64,000 nt of DNA from NCBI GenBank assembly GCA_010909165.1, contig MU008165.1, forward strand, positions 806,001-870,000. The letters are read 5' to 3'. The notes beneath the pieces are model-generated. The model was not told where the DNA came from and searched no databases. It was given only the letters and a program-made list of their open reading frames with translations. Position numbers and translations under genes: made by a program. Within the stretch, counting starts at the first letter, position 1; every line of letters starts with the position of its first letter. Below are positions 37,971-49,359 of the stretch, one piece after another. This DNA comes from Anthoceros angustus. Its lineage: Eukaryota > Plantae > Anthocerotophyta.

Positions 37971-40900
37971 ATACACCACATGACCGCGGGATTGTGCGCG
38001 CCGGCTGTCCATCGGTGGCCACAAGATGGTGACTGCCACGGTAGGCTGCCCACCCCTATGGTGCCTCCCTCACCAAGGGTGAGGTGGGGGGTGCCTCCTC
38101 GGTAGGCACAAATGAGATGGTGGGGACTCCCCCACCCTTGGGGCCATCACCCTCACAGTAGTCCTTCTCTCATAGACTACCATTCGGCCTTCCTCGGCCG
38201 GTTCTGCTCTTCTCCCCTTGCACTCTGTGGAAAGGATTCCCACTCGGCAACTTTGTTGCCTCACCTTTCCTCTTGCTTCTAGCATGTTTGTGGAGTCGAC
38301 CTCCCTGTCTTCCCATAATGCAAAGGCAAAGGCCTTTCCAAACTCGGCTGGAGGTGGATGACCTCAAAGGGATGCCACGCATCTTCAAGCTCCTTGCTTG
38401 TGAGGAGTCCCTCGGTTTCCCATAAATGCACCAAGTAGGTGCTGAGGTATAACTGGGCCTTCCTCATCCACGAATTTGAGGAGCTTCTCTCGATGGTGTA
38501 TATGCCTTCATACATGATGGTTCCCCAATCCTTGGCTCCCATGGAAATCTTCCACAAAAATTGGAGGAAGTTGGTCTTTGAAATAAGAAGTGGTAATTTA
38601 CCAACCCAGCACAATCTTTGCGAAGAGCCTCCACTTGACTCCTTGATGCTCTCGGTCTTCCAGCCATTCTTGGCGTGGGCCTTCCTTCCCCATCCATCAT
38701 GTCGAGGAACTCTTGCGGGATATCGAGAGCTGTCCTCTTCCCTCCATTGGACCTTTCGAGGAGAGCAATTCCAGTGCTCTCTTCCTCCGGTCTCCCGTAC
38801 ACCTGTCGAATACTCCTTACGGTCCAACAGCGGGGATCCGTTCTAGCATTCCTTTCCGGTAGCGCGGCGAGGGCTGCTTCCGATTGATGGAGGTTGATGT
38901 AACACTCCTCAATCAATTCCAAATTGGTGTAGGCCCATTGGCGGCCATACACCCATCCTAATTGGATGTTCTCCTCCTCTGCCCACTGCCGAAAATCAAC
39001 CAAATCTCGAGGGTTAAGCTGCCCAGCAAAGCAAGTGAATTGGGGCATCACAAGTTCACCTCCCCCTGGCGGCGCAGCCCCTGCTGCTGCTTTCTTTCCT
39101 TTTTCTCCTCGCGAGGAGGAGCCCTTGCCAGGCGGCTCCTTTCCCTTGCCTTTTCCAGCTCGAGGCATGGCACCTCCTTACTCCACGCTCCTAGCAAGAG
39201 GATTACTTCCCAATTTTCAGTTGTGTGCTCCAAGCTTCACCTCAAACACTCCTTTTCTCGTCGCGGACTCGACTGAGGCACAAGCACGTTAGCCTGTCTT
39301 GAGCCTCAGGGCCTTTTCCCCTTGATTTCTTCTCTAAGCGGTAGCCGGCAGGTAGTGTGATTTTCCTCCTTCTACTCTCACTCTCCTTCACCTTGCCGCT
39401 TCCAGGCGCTCCAACTCAGCGCTCTGCGGTGGCTCCTTCAATGTGTCCCTTTTCCCGGTGTTGAAGAGCTTCGGTGCCTGGGCGCTCGGTGCCGCCTCCT
39501 CTTTCTCCTTTCCCACTAGGGGTCTTCTCCTTCGCGCGCCGCCTTCCTCTCGTTCGCGGGTGGCGGCGGCGGCAATGGCGCTTCTCCCGGGCTTCTTTTG
39601 CGCTCGGGTCGATCTTTTGGGAAGTGAGTTCGCCTTCGGCTCGAAGAGGAAGTTGGCCCAAGCGCACTTTGCCTTCCTGGATGGCGCCACTGGCGGCCAC
39701 ACCCTAGATTGTGCATCATTCACAAAATCCTAATCGATCTATACTACCTATTTTCCTACTACTGCTATCCCTAATTAATCTCTTGCTAATTACTCTTATA
39801 TATTTATCCCTATTGATGAGCATATATAGTGGATATCCCCCTTTATTCTAAGTTTCCTTTTGGCGAGATTTGTCACCCATGATGCGCGCTTGCGATCTGC
39901 TCCCTTACTCGGGCTACGGCGTGGTGTGGCGACCTACGGTGGTAGTCGCCGACCTACCAACCTTCGTTGCCCATACGCGCAGGTCGCTTGACCCGTTTTC
40001 CTCTGGGATATCCTTTTGCCTTCCTAACAATATTCCACTCTAGTTCCAAGATCTTGAAGTTTTCCTCGCATGTTCCTCTTCAATGGGTCTTAGCCAAAAA
40101 ATCAAACATTGTTCCTGCGGCGGTTGACTAGTTGCAAACTTTACGTTCCACAGATAATAGGGGCCAACCCCACACTGGGCAGCATGGTAGAAGTATGCAC
40201 TTGGTCCTCACTTGCGATAGGTAGGCCACAGATCCCTCCTATTTCCACACGCACATGGCGGTGAAGTTAAGCCACGCGTTCTCCATTCACATATAGACCC
40301 GAGAACATAAGTTTCCTCATCCATGTGCCGAACATAATGGGACCTCCCGCAGATGAGGTGCTTACCCTCCTCCGTAGGCTACACCGTTGCTCGGGTCCAT
40401 GTCCTTGCGGGTGCCGTCATCCCTGCTCCGCCATGACCGCTCAGTTGGGCGCCAATGTCGGTAGCAGCCCACTCACCGCTAGTGGACTCCACGACATCCT
40501 GCTCAAAGAACCCCGGTAGGTGAGGTTTCGGCTACCTTGCTTCCTTCGCTCGTAGTTCCTTCCACTACCCCGGCCGTGGTCCTGCCACCGCCTCTTCCCT
40601 TTGTCTTTCTCGCTCGCCACGTGCCTCATCCCGCCTCCATTTATACCGCCTCCGCCACTTATGGGCCTTCTCCACCGAGGCCGCCCGCCTCCCGGGCTCG
40701 CAACAACCCCCTGCATCTCCCGGTTCGTCCTGGGCATCCTTAATTTGAGCCATGAGCTCTCACTGCCGGCTCCATGGCTGCAACTTCTCCGGCCTCGACA
40801 AATCTTCTCAATCTTGGCCCTTATTTCCTCTAGGACCGCTTGTCTTCCTCCAGCTTGCTTGCGCTTGGCCTCCTCTTCACAAACCCGGCCTTCACCACTT

Positions 40901-43790
40901 CCTCCGTCGCCTTGCACCGAGCTGTGAGAGCTAAAGCCGCTTGATCCAACAACCGCTTGGGCCGGATCATCGATGCGGTCACCCCCGCAAATCCACTAGG
41001 TGGCGGCCCCGGCCAGACGCCATCCTCCGTCGAGAACTTTCCTTCCCGGCAGCGCACCTCACCAATTCGGCATCCACCGCTGCTGGAGTCCCCTTGAAAA
41101 TCTCTTCCCATGCCGAGGAGGGTCCGCTCGAGGTCGCCCTAAACCTCCGGTTGATTCATCATCGCATCCGTGTCGAAAATTGTCCTCCTCGGATCGCGCC
41201 TTCCGCCACCTCAACTGCTTGGCCTTCATTTTCAGAAGGCGCCTGCTGAGGTGACGCGCCCGCCTTCACCTTTTCACGAGGCCCGCCTTCCACCCCGGTC
41301 TTCCTCTTTGCCGGGTAGAAATTTCCTTCTCTTCCTCGAATCGCCTGCCGCTGCACTCCAGCCTATCCGATTTTTCCTCGATTTCCTCCTTGGGCTCCTC
41401 CGCCTTCCATTTCACCTCCCTAAGCTTCCACATGTGGAGGAGGCTTCCACCTCGGGCGGTTAGCATAAACATAAAGATGGACCCCGAAATGGTGAAATTA
41501 GAGAGGGGGGGGTAGGAGAAATCGAGTTCAACCTCTTCACACAACTTGTCGAGAGAATTGGTCATCGATCTTCGCCTTGACCACTTCATGAAGGAGCAGC
41601 AAGTGGTGGGACAAATAATCACACTTCTTGTCTTTGCGAAACATAGGAAACCATCGCGGACCCATCAAGCTGTTGCCAAATCCCTCGTCAACCGGCCGTT
41701 GGGTTCCATTTCGCCCGCTTAACGGGGCTGCTGCTTTCTTCTTTGTGCTCTTTTAAGGCGGCTCCATCACCAAACCGCCTGCCTCCTCCTTACTGCGCCC
41801 ATACACCCTCCTAACCAGCTCCAGATCCCAATCCTGCGGCTTCGCTCTAAATCCCCCGCCCGGCTGTTTGTCCTTCAGGTGGCGCGCACACTCCTGCACC
41901 AGTCCCAAGTTCATGTAATTCCACCGTTCTTCCATGAAACCCAGCTTCAGCTCCTTCACCAGTTCTCCAGCTCGAACTTTCCAATGATCCATGTTTGGCC
42001 ATTGGGCAAGCACAATCTCAATTTGACCTTGGCGCCATCCTCCACAGTAGCCTCCGGGTCTTGCGCCTCCGTCGGTGCCATTCTGCGAATTTTCAGTCGG
42101 TCTCGGTTCCTACCTCCTCGGCCAAGGCCGCGGCCGTGGCCCTTCCTCCTCTGCGTCGCGACTCGCGATGTCGCGGATGGGGTTGAGCTCCTTCCCCTCG
42201 TTGCGCCTCGCGCCTCCTGCAGATCGGTGTTCTCCCGGATCAACTCCTCGACGTCGCTCCGGTCGTTGCGCTCCTGCTCGCTTAGCTCCGGTTGCGCTCC
42301 GTTGTCCGACGGACTTGTTACTCCCTAGGGTTAAGTTCCCGGGTTCCTCTCCTTCTGCTCGGCTCCCACACCCCAATCCATAACCCCACACTCATTCACT
42401 CGCCCAATCGGTTGACTCCAAGCCTATAGACCTATCACTCCCTAATTATTCCAACCCCTACCTCACATATATAGACCTTTTAGTGGACATCCCAAGTCCA
42501 TGGGCCAAGGAACATCGAGTTCCGGACCTTATTATCTAACCTAAGAAATAAAAACAAGGAAAACCATAGGCCAAGGGCGTTTCTTTTATAAATACCTCAT
42601 CAACGACTTATTTTCACCACACTCGACCAAAAACAAAAAAACACTTCAAGGCACATCCCAATAGGGGTTTCCAGTCAGTTGTTTACCACTCATGCATTCT
42701 ACAAAAGCAGACGGGCCCACACCTCGTGCTCCGTTCTCGGGTAGACTTGAAAGTGCATCTTTTATCAAAGGTATGACCTCGAGAAGGGTGCGCATTATCA
42801 AGTAGAAGCGGATATGCGGTTCTGAAGGGTGTACATCGTGACAAGGGGGTGCTGTCTCGACCGAAGGAGGTTACTATATTCCCCCCCTTCAAAAATTATC
42901 ATGTTTTCTCCACGAGCATCCTTATGGCAAGATCTTCTAGGCATACGAGGGAGGCACAACCTCTACACCTTCGCGGAGGAAGACGCGAGCAAGCCAGCCA
43001 ACAATGGACCTATTTAGCCTCCTCCGAAGTAGATGCAGCCTAAGGAAAGTTTTTGTGTGTCTATAGTTAGGAGGTTGTGTCATGAGCGTGCTCATGGGAC
43101 CAGATCAGCAGGTTGAGCAACCAATCGGGCCTTCACGGCCCCCAGTCACAAATTCCCGGTCATCGCCCTTGTCACTCTGCCGAGCTGGAACTTTAGCTAG
43201 CTAAATCTGCCATGCTGGAGTTTTAAGTGGGTGAACACAGCCAGTTGAAGTGTCAAGGTGCGACATCACAAGAAAAAAAGGGGTGAAACTTTTGGGAAAC
43301 TTTTGGATGTCCCAAACGAGCATACCATACGTCACCTTACTCCGACACCACTTGAGACAAATCCACCTGATCCCAACTCAAACCATTCAGCCCCCTTCCA
43401 AAAGTCCAACGGGGGAGGCTTTGAATGAGCTCCCGTTGGTTCTTAGTTGAATCCCGAACTTCCATCAATTCCACAAGAAAGTCGACCGATCTTCGACGAG
43501 CTTTAGACGCATTCTCATAGCCCTAAAGTCCTCCTAACACCTCGTACTCGTCCTAACACCTCATACTGAAGTGCATTTGCCAGTGTCATGTGGCTTAGGC
43601 AAATGTTATGATCCACCTTACCAAAATTTTCACCCTTTCAATGACTCCTCAATAGATAGCAAGCCTCGTGGGACAGTCTCCCATCAAAAGCATCAATGAA
43701 TGTGTGTTGATGTTTATGATGGGAGAATTAAGGTTTTTCGACACACAGAATCGTTGAAATGAAAACCCTTCCAAACGAGGTTGGTAATTC
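37971..43790 (-). mobile_element. Family E copy C, the most complete: ORF-A (about 42380-40040) followed by ORF-B (39719 to <37971)
   Basis: ORF 38464-39168 gives the cleanest ORF-B domain. ORF-A runs into the MERKV..TNKFDF..LKEEH block that precedes ORF-B in copies A and B. Separate TATA boxes at about 39825 and 42468. Confidence 0.7.
40040..42380 (-). pseudogene. Family E ORF-A, paralogous to ORF-B
   Basis: ERWNYMNLGLVQEC..ELVRRVYGRSKEEAG aligns to ORF-B RQWAYTNLELIEEC..SIRQVYGRPEEEST; FHHFGVHLY corresponds to YLSTYLVHLW; coiled-coil region follows. Confidence 0.6.
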
Positions 43791-43793
43791 TAG

Positions 43794-44330
43794 TGTAAGT
43801 TAGACCAGTGCTTGATTGTGGCAGCTATGGTTGGATGGAGCATCTCGGTTGGGTTACACAAAACTGTTAAGAAAAGAGCTGAGCCTTTATAGAGAGGGAA
43901 CACAACACTCCCATACAATATGGGTGATACACTAGGCCACTAGATACTAGCTCACAAGCACACAAGAACACTTGCAAACACCACACCCCACATGTCGGTC
44001 GGCTTGGCCTTATATAGTCCTAGCCTTGAGTCATACTGGTTACTTGACCTTGAATCCTATTGGTTACTTGACCTTGAGTCCTATTGGTCATTTGACCTTG
44101 AATCTTACTGGTCACTTGACTTGCCCTTTACTTTGGGCTTTCTAGAAGATACTTTCTAGAAGATGCATGACTTTCAAGTTTGTTATTTTTAGGGCATTCT
44201 TCATAACCTGCTTTTAGGGCACTCTTCATAACATATTTTGATATGTTGTAATAAATCACTTCTAATACAAAAGGCAAGACGTGCTGAGGGGATACTTGTT
44301 GTACACCCATGGACACAAAATCGTGGAGTA
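43794..44330 (-). repeat. LTR-like sequence with TATA box and 4 x 24-bp tandem repeat
   Basis: Minus strand ends ..acttaCA at 43794; ctatataagg at 44008-44017; ccttga(a/g)tc(c/a/t)ta(t/c)tggt(t/c)a(c/t)ttga x4 at 44024-44119. Confidence 0.5.
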
Positions 44331-44679
44331 ACTTGTGTTCGGATCCGTCCGGCTCAAAACCCTCGATCTCGGAGGACTATTCCGCCTTGTCTCTGGTTCC
44401 ACTGGGTGTGGGAGGTTGCGGAGGTGTGCATTTCTTGTCCTTAACTTGTGGAAGTACGTGTTTCGATTCAGTAATGTGGCTGCCATGCTGACCAACCACT
44501 TAGCTTTGATTACATTGTTACTCTTGAAAATGAGTGTGTTTTGAGACAACGATTGTTCGGACGATACAGTCATTTAGCTCTACATTTCTACTCCTCCTGA
44601 ATTACAGAGTTAACTTGATGATCTCATGCTAGCATTGCAGCATCAGCCATCCCCGATCTTACTTGTCCATGCTTGTTTC

Positions 44680-45226
44680 CGTCTACAATTGCTAAACTCT
44701 CATGAGGCTTCCACACACAAACAACCCGTGATCACACTCCTAGACGGCTCGATGCTAGCAGTCTTGGTGAGCTTCACCACGCCATATGTAATAACTAGAA
44801 TGGTGAATGGCCTCAGACTACTGTGCACAATCGACGTTGACTGACAGGCTTCCTTGTCCCAAGTAATTTGAATAGAGTAATTCATGCCATCGTTATCCCG
44901 TGTAATCATGCTTCTTCTTCTTCCGCGTGCGTTTAGGTCTAAGGACGTTAGGATCCTAAGAGGCGAACCCCGTGCCCGTACTCAGATACTACAACAATTC
45001 CACCTTCCAATTGAAACCATTGAATTGGCCACACATTGTCGCCCCAAATCTTGCGTAAGAAATCCTCTCTCCTATGATCCCAAACTCCCTCCAATTCCAC
45101 AATAAGGCCGTCGGATCTTCGGCGACCTCTATACACATTATCATAGCCCAATTCTCGCTCTAGCACCTCATACTCATTTGTTATTGCAGAACATTTCAAT
45201 AGCAGACCAGCAGGACCTCCCCCCAT
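44680..45226 (-). pseudogene. CDKF;1: CDK-activating kinase CDKF;1-like N-terminal fragment (subdomains I-VII), intronless
   Basis: AITNEYEVLER..VYRGRRRSDGLIVELEGVWDH..IVVVSEY and IQI..EACQSTSIVHSSLRPFTILVITYGVVKLT match recalled plant CDKF;1 ([52 protein letters not shown]). Confidence 0.7.
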
Positions 45227-45657
45227 TCCTTCTCACTGATTTATGGAACAACACTTTGTAGCCTCACCGCTCTCCCTGGTGACGCTCGCAAGACAAGGCA
45301 GCACAAATATATATGTTTGATGTCCTGGATGCCCACAACTTTATTCCCACAGTGTTAAAAAACAATAAGTCCAAGTTCAGTACATTAAATGATAGGGTGC
45401 TATACATACATATATAGCCCTTGGCCTTTGACATACTCTACATAGGTATGAACCCTATCATGATATTGTCCTGTACATTTCTTCTCTGAACTCTAATATG
45501 AGATGTATTGCACCAATCCTATACATTTCTAACACACGCCCCCTCTCCAATTTACTCACTCCGTCCGATCCTCAATGAGTACCTACCTGGAGCTCACTTG
45601 AAGCCACCAATATCGTCGTTGGGCTTCACTCAAATATACATAAGCGCTCAAAGATAC

Positions 45658-46502
45658 TCAGGCTGGGACTGAGGACCACGTGCTTCTAACGAGTCTCGTC
45701 CCAATCGGGCGAATGCAAGCCACGGAATTGTGCCTCAATTCCCAGGCAGATCGATTATAATGGCCTGCTTTGCCAGGGTGACGTGCCGCCGGTTCGTTTG
45801 AATTAACGAGACCTTCTGTTTTGGAGTCGCCAAATCGTCGGTGCTGGGAGACTTGTTGCAACCCTACGGCAATAGGCAATAAGTGTTTAAACCGATCCAC
45901 CTCCAGCACCGGTTGTAGCCATCTTCTCTTCGTCATCGTCTACTACGGACCCCGACCAACTTCTTACTTGTTGAAGAAGTTGTGAAACGAGCTTCGCTAG
46001 CTGGCGCTCAGCTAGGGAAAGCCTTCGAACCTTATATCTCGTTGTTGTCCGTCGCACGCTCTATGCAACTGAGCTGCTCCAGCTTTTTCTTTCAACATGG
46101 GATATGATAAAACGTATTACTAATCTTTTGAACCTGCTACCCTTCTCCACACTTGGATTCATGCGCAAACATGTTTTGTTGGCCTCATGAAATTTGGCCC
46201 GGTATCGTCGTCTCCAACGGGAAGCATAGGAGGTTTACAAGCGGCCGTTCTGACCGTTCTTTGTCTGGCCCGAATTTTTTCTTGCCTATCCAATTGTTCT
46301 GAAGCTTGCAACCGGTATTACCTGGCTAGCCTTACGTGTACGTCAAACCTGCTTCTTTTACGGTCCGCTGATAGGATTTCCCTCCTATCGTGCATCAACC
46401 TACTCCCAAAAGCTGTGCTGGAACGTGCTGAAATCAAAATTACTCCGCCCACATCAATAATGGGTACCTAATGGGTCCGGCTGAACTTTTTCAAAAGCCA
46501 TG
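45658..46502 (-). pseudogene. Unidentified ORF remnant
   Basis: Long protein-like stretches (VPIIDVGGVILISARSSTAFGSRLMHDRREIL; WLQPVLEVDRFKHLLPIAVGLQQV). No family recognised. Confidence 0.25.
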
Positions 46503-46589
46503 GTCCCACGAACGCACTTTCCAGAGCGAAACTTGGCATTGCAATGCTTGTTAGCATGATTACCGGAGTTTAATGCGAGTTATTTGTTC

Positions 46590-47050
46590 ATTGCCACTCC
46601 ACTGAGGATGTTGAGGCTTTGGGAGTTTTGGTGCAGACAAAGCGTTGTATTTCCAAGCCTCTCATTTTCTGTGTTCGGGGCACCTCTTGATGCTTGGAAG
46701 ACGCCCAGAGAGTGTTTGATGGGTTACACTGAAAAATGTGGCAACGTGGAACGTCATGATAACAATTCCAGCAGGAATACGAGAAGCCCTTCGTCTCTAC
46801 AGTGCTATGCAAGGAAAGGGCTTGGTTGCCCCTGATACTGTGACGTTTGTTTGTCTCCTCCAGGCCTGTGGCAATTCTGGGCCCTCCAGCCTTGGAGGTG
46901 GGAAGCAGCTTCATTTGCAAATTGGAGAACGGTTCAGTGTACTCAGCAGTGGCAAGATCTTTTGGGTTTAAAGTAGTGAGGTATGCAACTGTGGGATGTG
47001 AAGAGTGTTCTTGGGCTAGCAATGTCATTGTTACAGCCGTCGGGACCAGT
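46590..47050 (+). pseudogene. PLS-class PPR gene fragment (deleted paralogue of the next copy)
   Basis: LEDAQRVFDGL..KNVATWNVMI..EALRLYSAMQGKGLVAPDTVTFVCLLQACG..GKQLHLQI; the 5' part matches 47735-47810. Confidence 0.85.
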
Positions 47051-47470
47051 TCTTGATCGGCAGACTGAGTACCCCTTCCTGCGAATTTATGCATGCAAAT
47101 CTCATAAATGTAGCAAGTTTACAAGAAGTTGCTGTTCAGACTGTCGTACCAATCAATTCGAAAACGTACCACTATCACCAGAGGAGTGGAGAAGCTGGCG
47201 CTGGTGTGTGGGTGCGCAGAGGATTGCATTATGTTAACCATAGTCGAGGTGCCCAATTTTTTCTCTCGCACGATTTTCTGTCGGCAGGAGCCTTATGGTC
47301 TGGAGCTCGGTTGGGCCACACCAAGGATAGCACGACCCGCTAAGAGGACAGTTTTCGTGCACCCAACAGAATGGTGGATTGGCTGCTGGTCGGGGCATAG
47401 CTGCCGGTACGGTGGCTTCAAAAAAGCAACCGGTGGCAAACAACCAAGTCGGGAGGTGGAGCACATTGTC

Positions 47471-48890
47471 ATGAGACCCACCGCGTCAAAGAGAGTTTCT
47501 TTGGGCTTGTATTCTCCTGCGAGCCTCGACCTCGGGAGCTTTTGTGCCGACTGCTGCCTCAGCACACCATGCTCCAGGTCGATAAGGCAGACCAAGAGGG
47601 CTCTAGGTATGGAGATGGAGTTGGGTGGTGGTGGCTTGCACTGGAGTTTGCCGGACAAGCCTGACCGTCACAGGCCTGCTGGATGGTATACGAGTGTGAC
47701 GGCTGAGACCGTGAGAGAGCTATGTGGTCAGGGCCATTCCACTGAGGCTGTTGCGGCTTTGGGAGTTCTGGTGTAGACAGAGCGTTATATTTCTAAGCCT
47801 CTAATTTATGCTTTTTTGAAGAGATGTGTAGTCGAGCAGGACCTTGTTCTAGGTCAAAGGGTCCATGCTTTCTTGGTGAAACAAGGGCATCAGTCAGATA
47901 CGTTCCTGGGATTCCACATTCTGCGGATGTATGCTGCTCATGGCAGGTTGCAAGATGCGATCCAGAGATGTATTTTCAGTTGTGGCTAAAACAGATACCT
48001 TCACGTGGTCTGCCATAAGCTCTGCCCATGTTATACAATGGTGAGACTAGCAGGCCTTACAACTCTATGATAGGACATGCGCGCAAGTCAAGGGTGAAGC
48101 CAGATGGGATGTCTTCGTGGCAACTCTTCAGGCTTGTGCAAGGGGATTAGAGTTGAAAATTGGGCAGCAGGTGAATGCGGACGTGTTGGACAGTGGCGTT
48201 GAGCCTGATTGTTTTGTCTGTAATTGCTTGGTAAGCATACGCAGCTTGGAAGACGCTGAGAGTTTCTACTGTGCTATGCAAGGATAGGGCTTAGTTTCCC
48301 CTATACTATGACGTTTGTTTGTCTCCTGCAGGGCCCTTTAGCCCTGAAGATGGGGAAGCAGCTAGTTTCTTTTGCAAATTGGAGAACGGTTTCAGTGAGC
48401 TCGCAAGTGACGAGATATTTTGGGTTTGAAGCCCTGAGAGATTTCCAGGTGCTCGCCAAAGTGAGGAGTCTTTCCTTTTAGTTCCCATGATGTCATGCAT
48501 AGTTGAAAATTGAGGGTTGACAAGCAAGGATGGCCATTGTTTATCAACCCTCAATTTGTCAACTACGTATGACATCATGGGAAGAAGCCCACATGCACTT
48601 GGGAAGAAGCCCTTCGTCTGTATAATGGTATGAAAGGAAAGGGCATGGTTGTTCCTGGTATCGTGACGTTTGTTTCTCTCCTGCAGGCCCGTGCAAGTCT
48701 GGGCCCTTCAGCCTTGGAGATGGGCACGCAGCTTCATCTGCAAATTGGAGAACAGGATCATCAGGCTCATGTAGTTGTAGCCTACAGTTCGGTAAACATG
48801 TATGCAAACAGCCTGGAAGACGCTCGGGAAGTCTTTGACAGCCTTGGTGAAAAAAATGTGGTGACGTGGACTGCTCGAATTGCGATGCTT
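47471..48890 (+). pseudogene. PLS-class PPR protein gene, truncated by the tandem array
   Basis: N-terminal extension, then YAFLKRC..DLVLGQRVHAFLVKQGHQSDTFLG, GRLQDA, VEPDCFVCNCLV, EEALRLYNGMKGKGMVVPGIVTFVSLLQA..LEDAREVFDSLGEKNVVTWTA. Homology stops at the 85-bp repeats. Confidence 0.88.
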
Positions 48891-48896
48891 AATTAA

Positions 48897-49152
48897 CATA
48901 ACCATTTCGTATTAATTAATTAATACTAATAACTTACTTAATGATAAGTCATTAGATTAATTAATGCTAGATATAAATGAATTTAACCACTTCATATTAA
49001 TTAATTAATACTAATAACTTACTTAATGATAAGTCATTAGATTAATTAATGCTAGATATAAATGAATTTAACCACTTATATTAATTAATTAATACTAATT
49101 ACTTACTTAATGATAAGTCATTAGATTAATTAATGCTAGATATAAATGAATT
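48897..49152. repeat. 85-bp AT-rich hairpin repeat x3 (unit 1); x5 at 53030-53441, x3 at 57225-57470, x3 at 61333-61580
   Basis: aaccacttcatattaattaattaatactaataacttacttaatgataagtcattagattaattaatgctagatataaatgaattt, containing a ~21-bp imperfect inverted repeat. Confidence 0.95.
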
Positions 49153-49261
49153 TAACATAAATCAGCAGCACTATCTCTTTCTAAAATAGATGCCAATATA
49201 CCAATCGACACACCGTTGAAAATTTACCAATTTACTAGTTGCCAATATGAAGCGGTAGTTT

Positions 49262-49280
49262 CTCATGGGGTATAAATGGA
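49262..49280 (+). promoter_or_regulatory. TATA-like motif (ggggTATAAATgg) between the two repeat arrays, present in all units
   Basis: Motif only; conserved at about 49268, 53559, 57584 and 61695. Confidence 0.3.
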
Positions 49281-49359
49281 GACTTAAATCGAAACCACTG
49301 GACTCGAACTTGAAATCTTGTTATCCATTCTTCTTGCATGTAACTTTTTTATAATTCTA

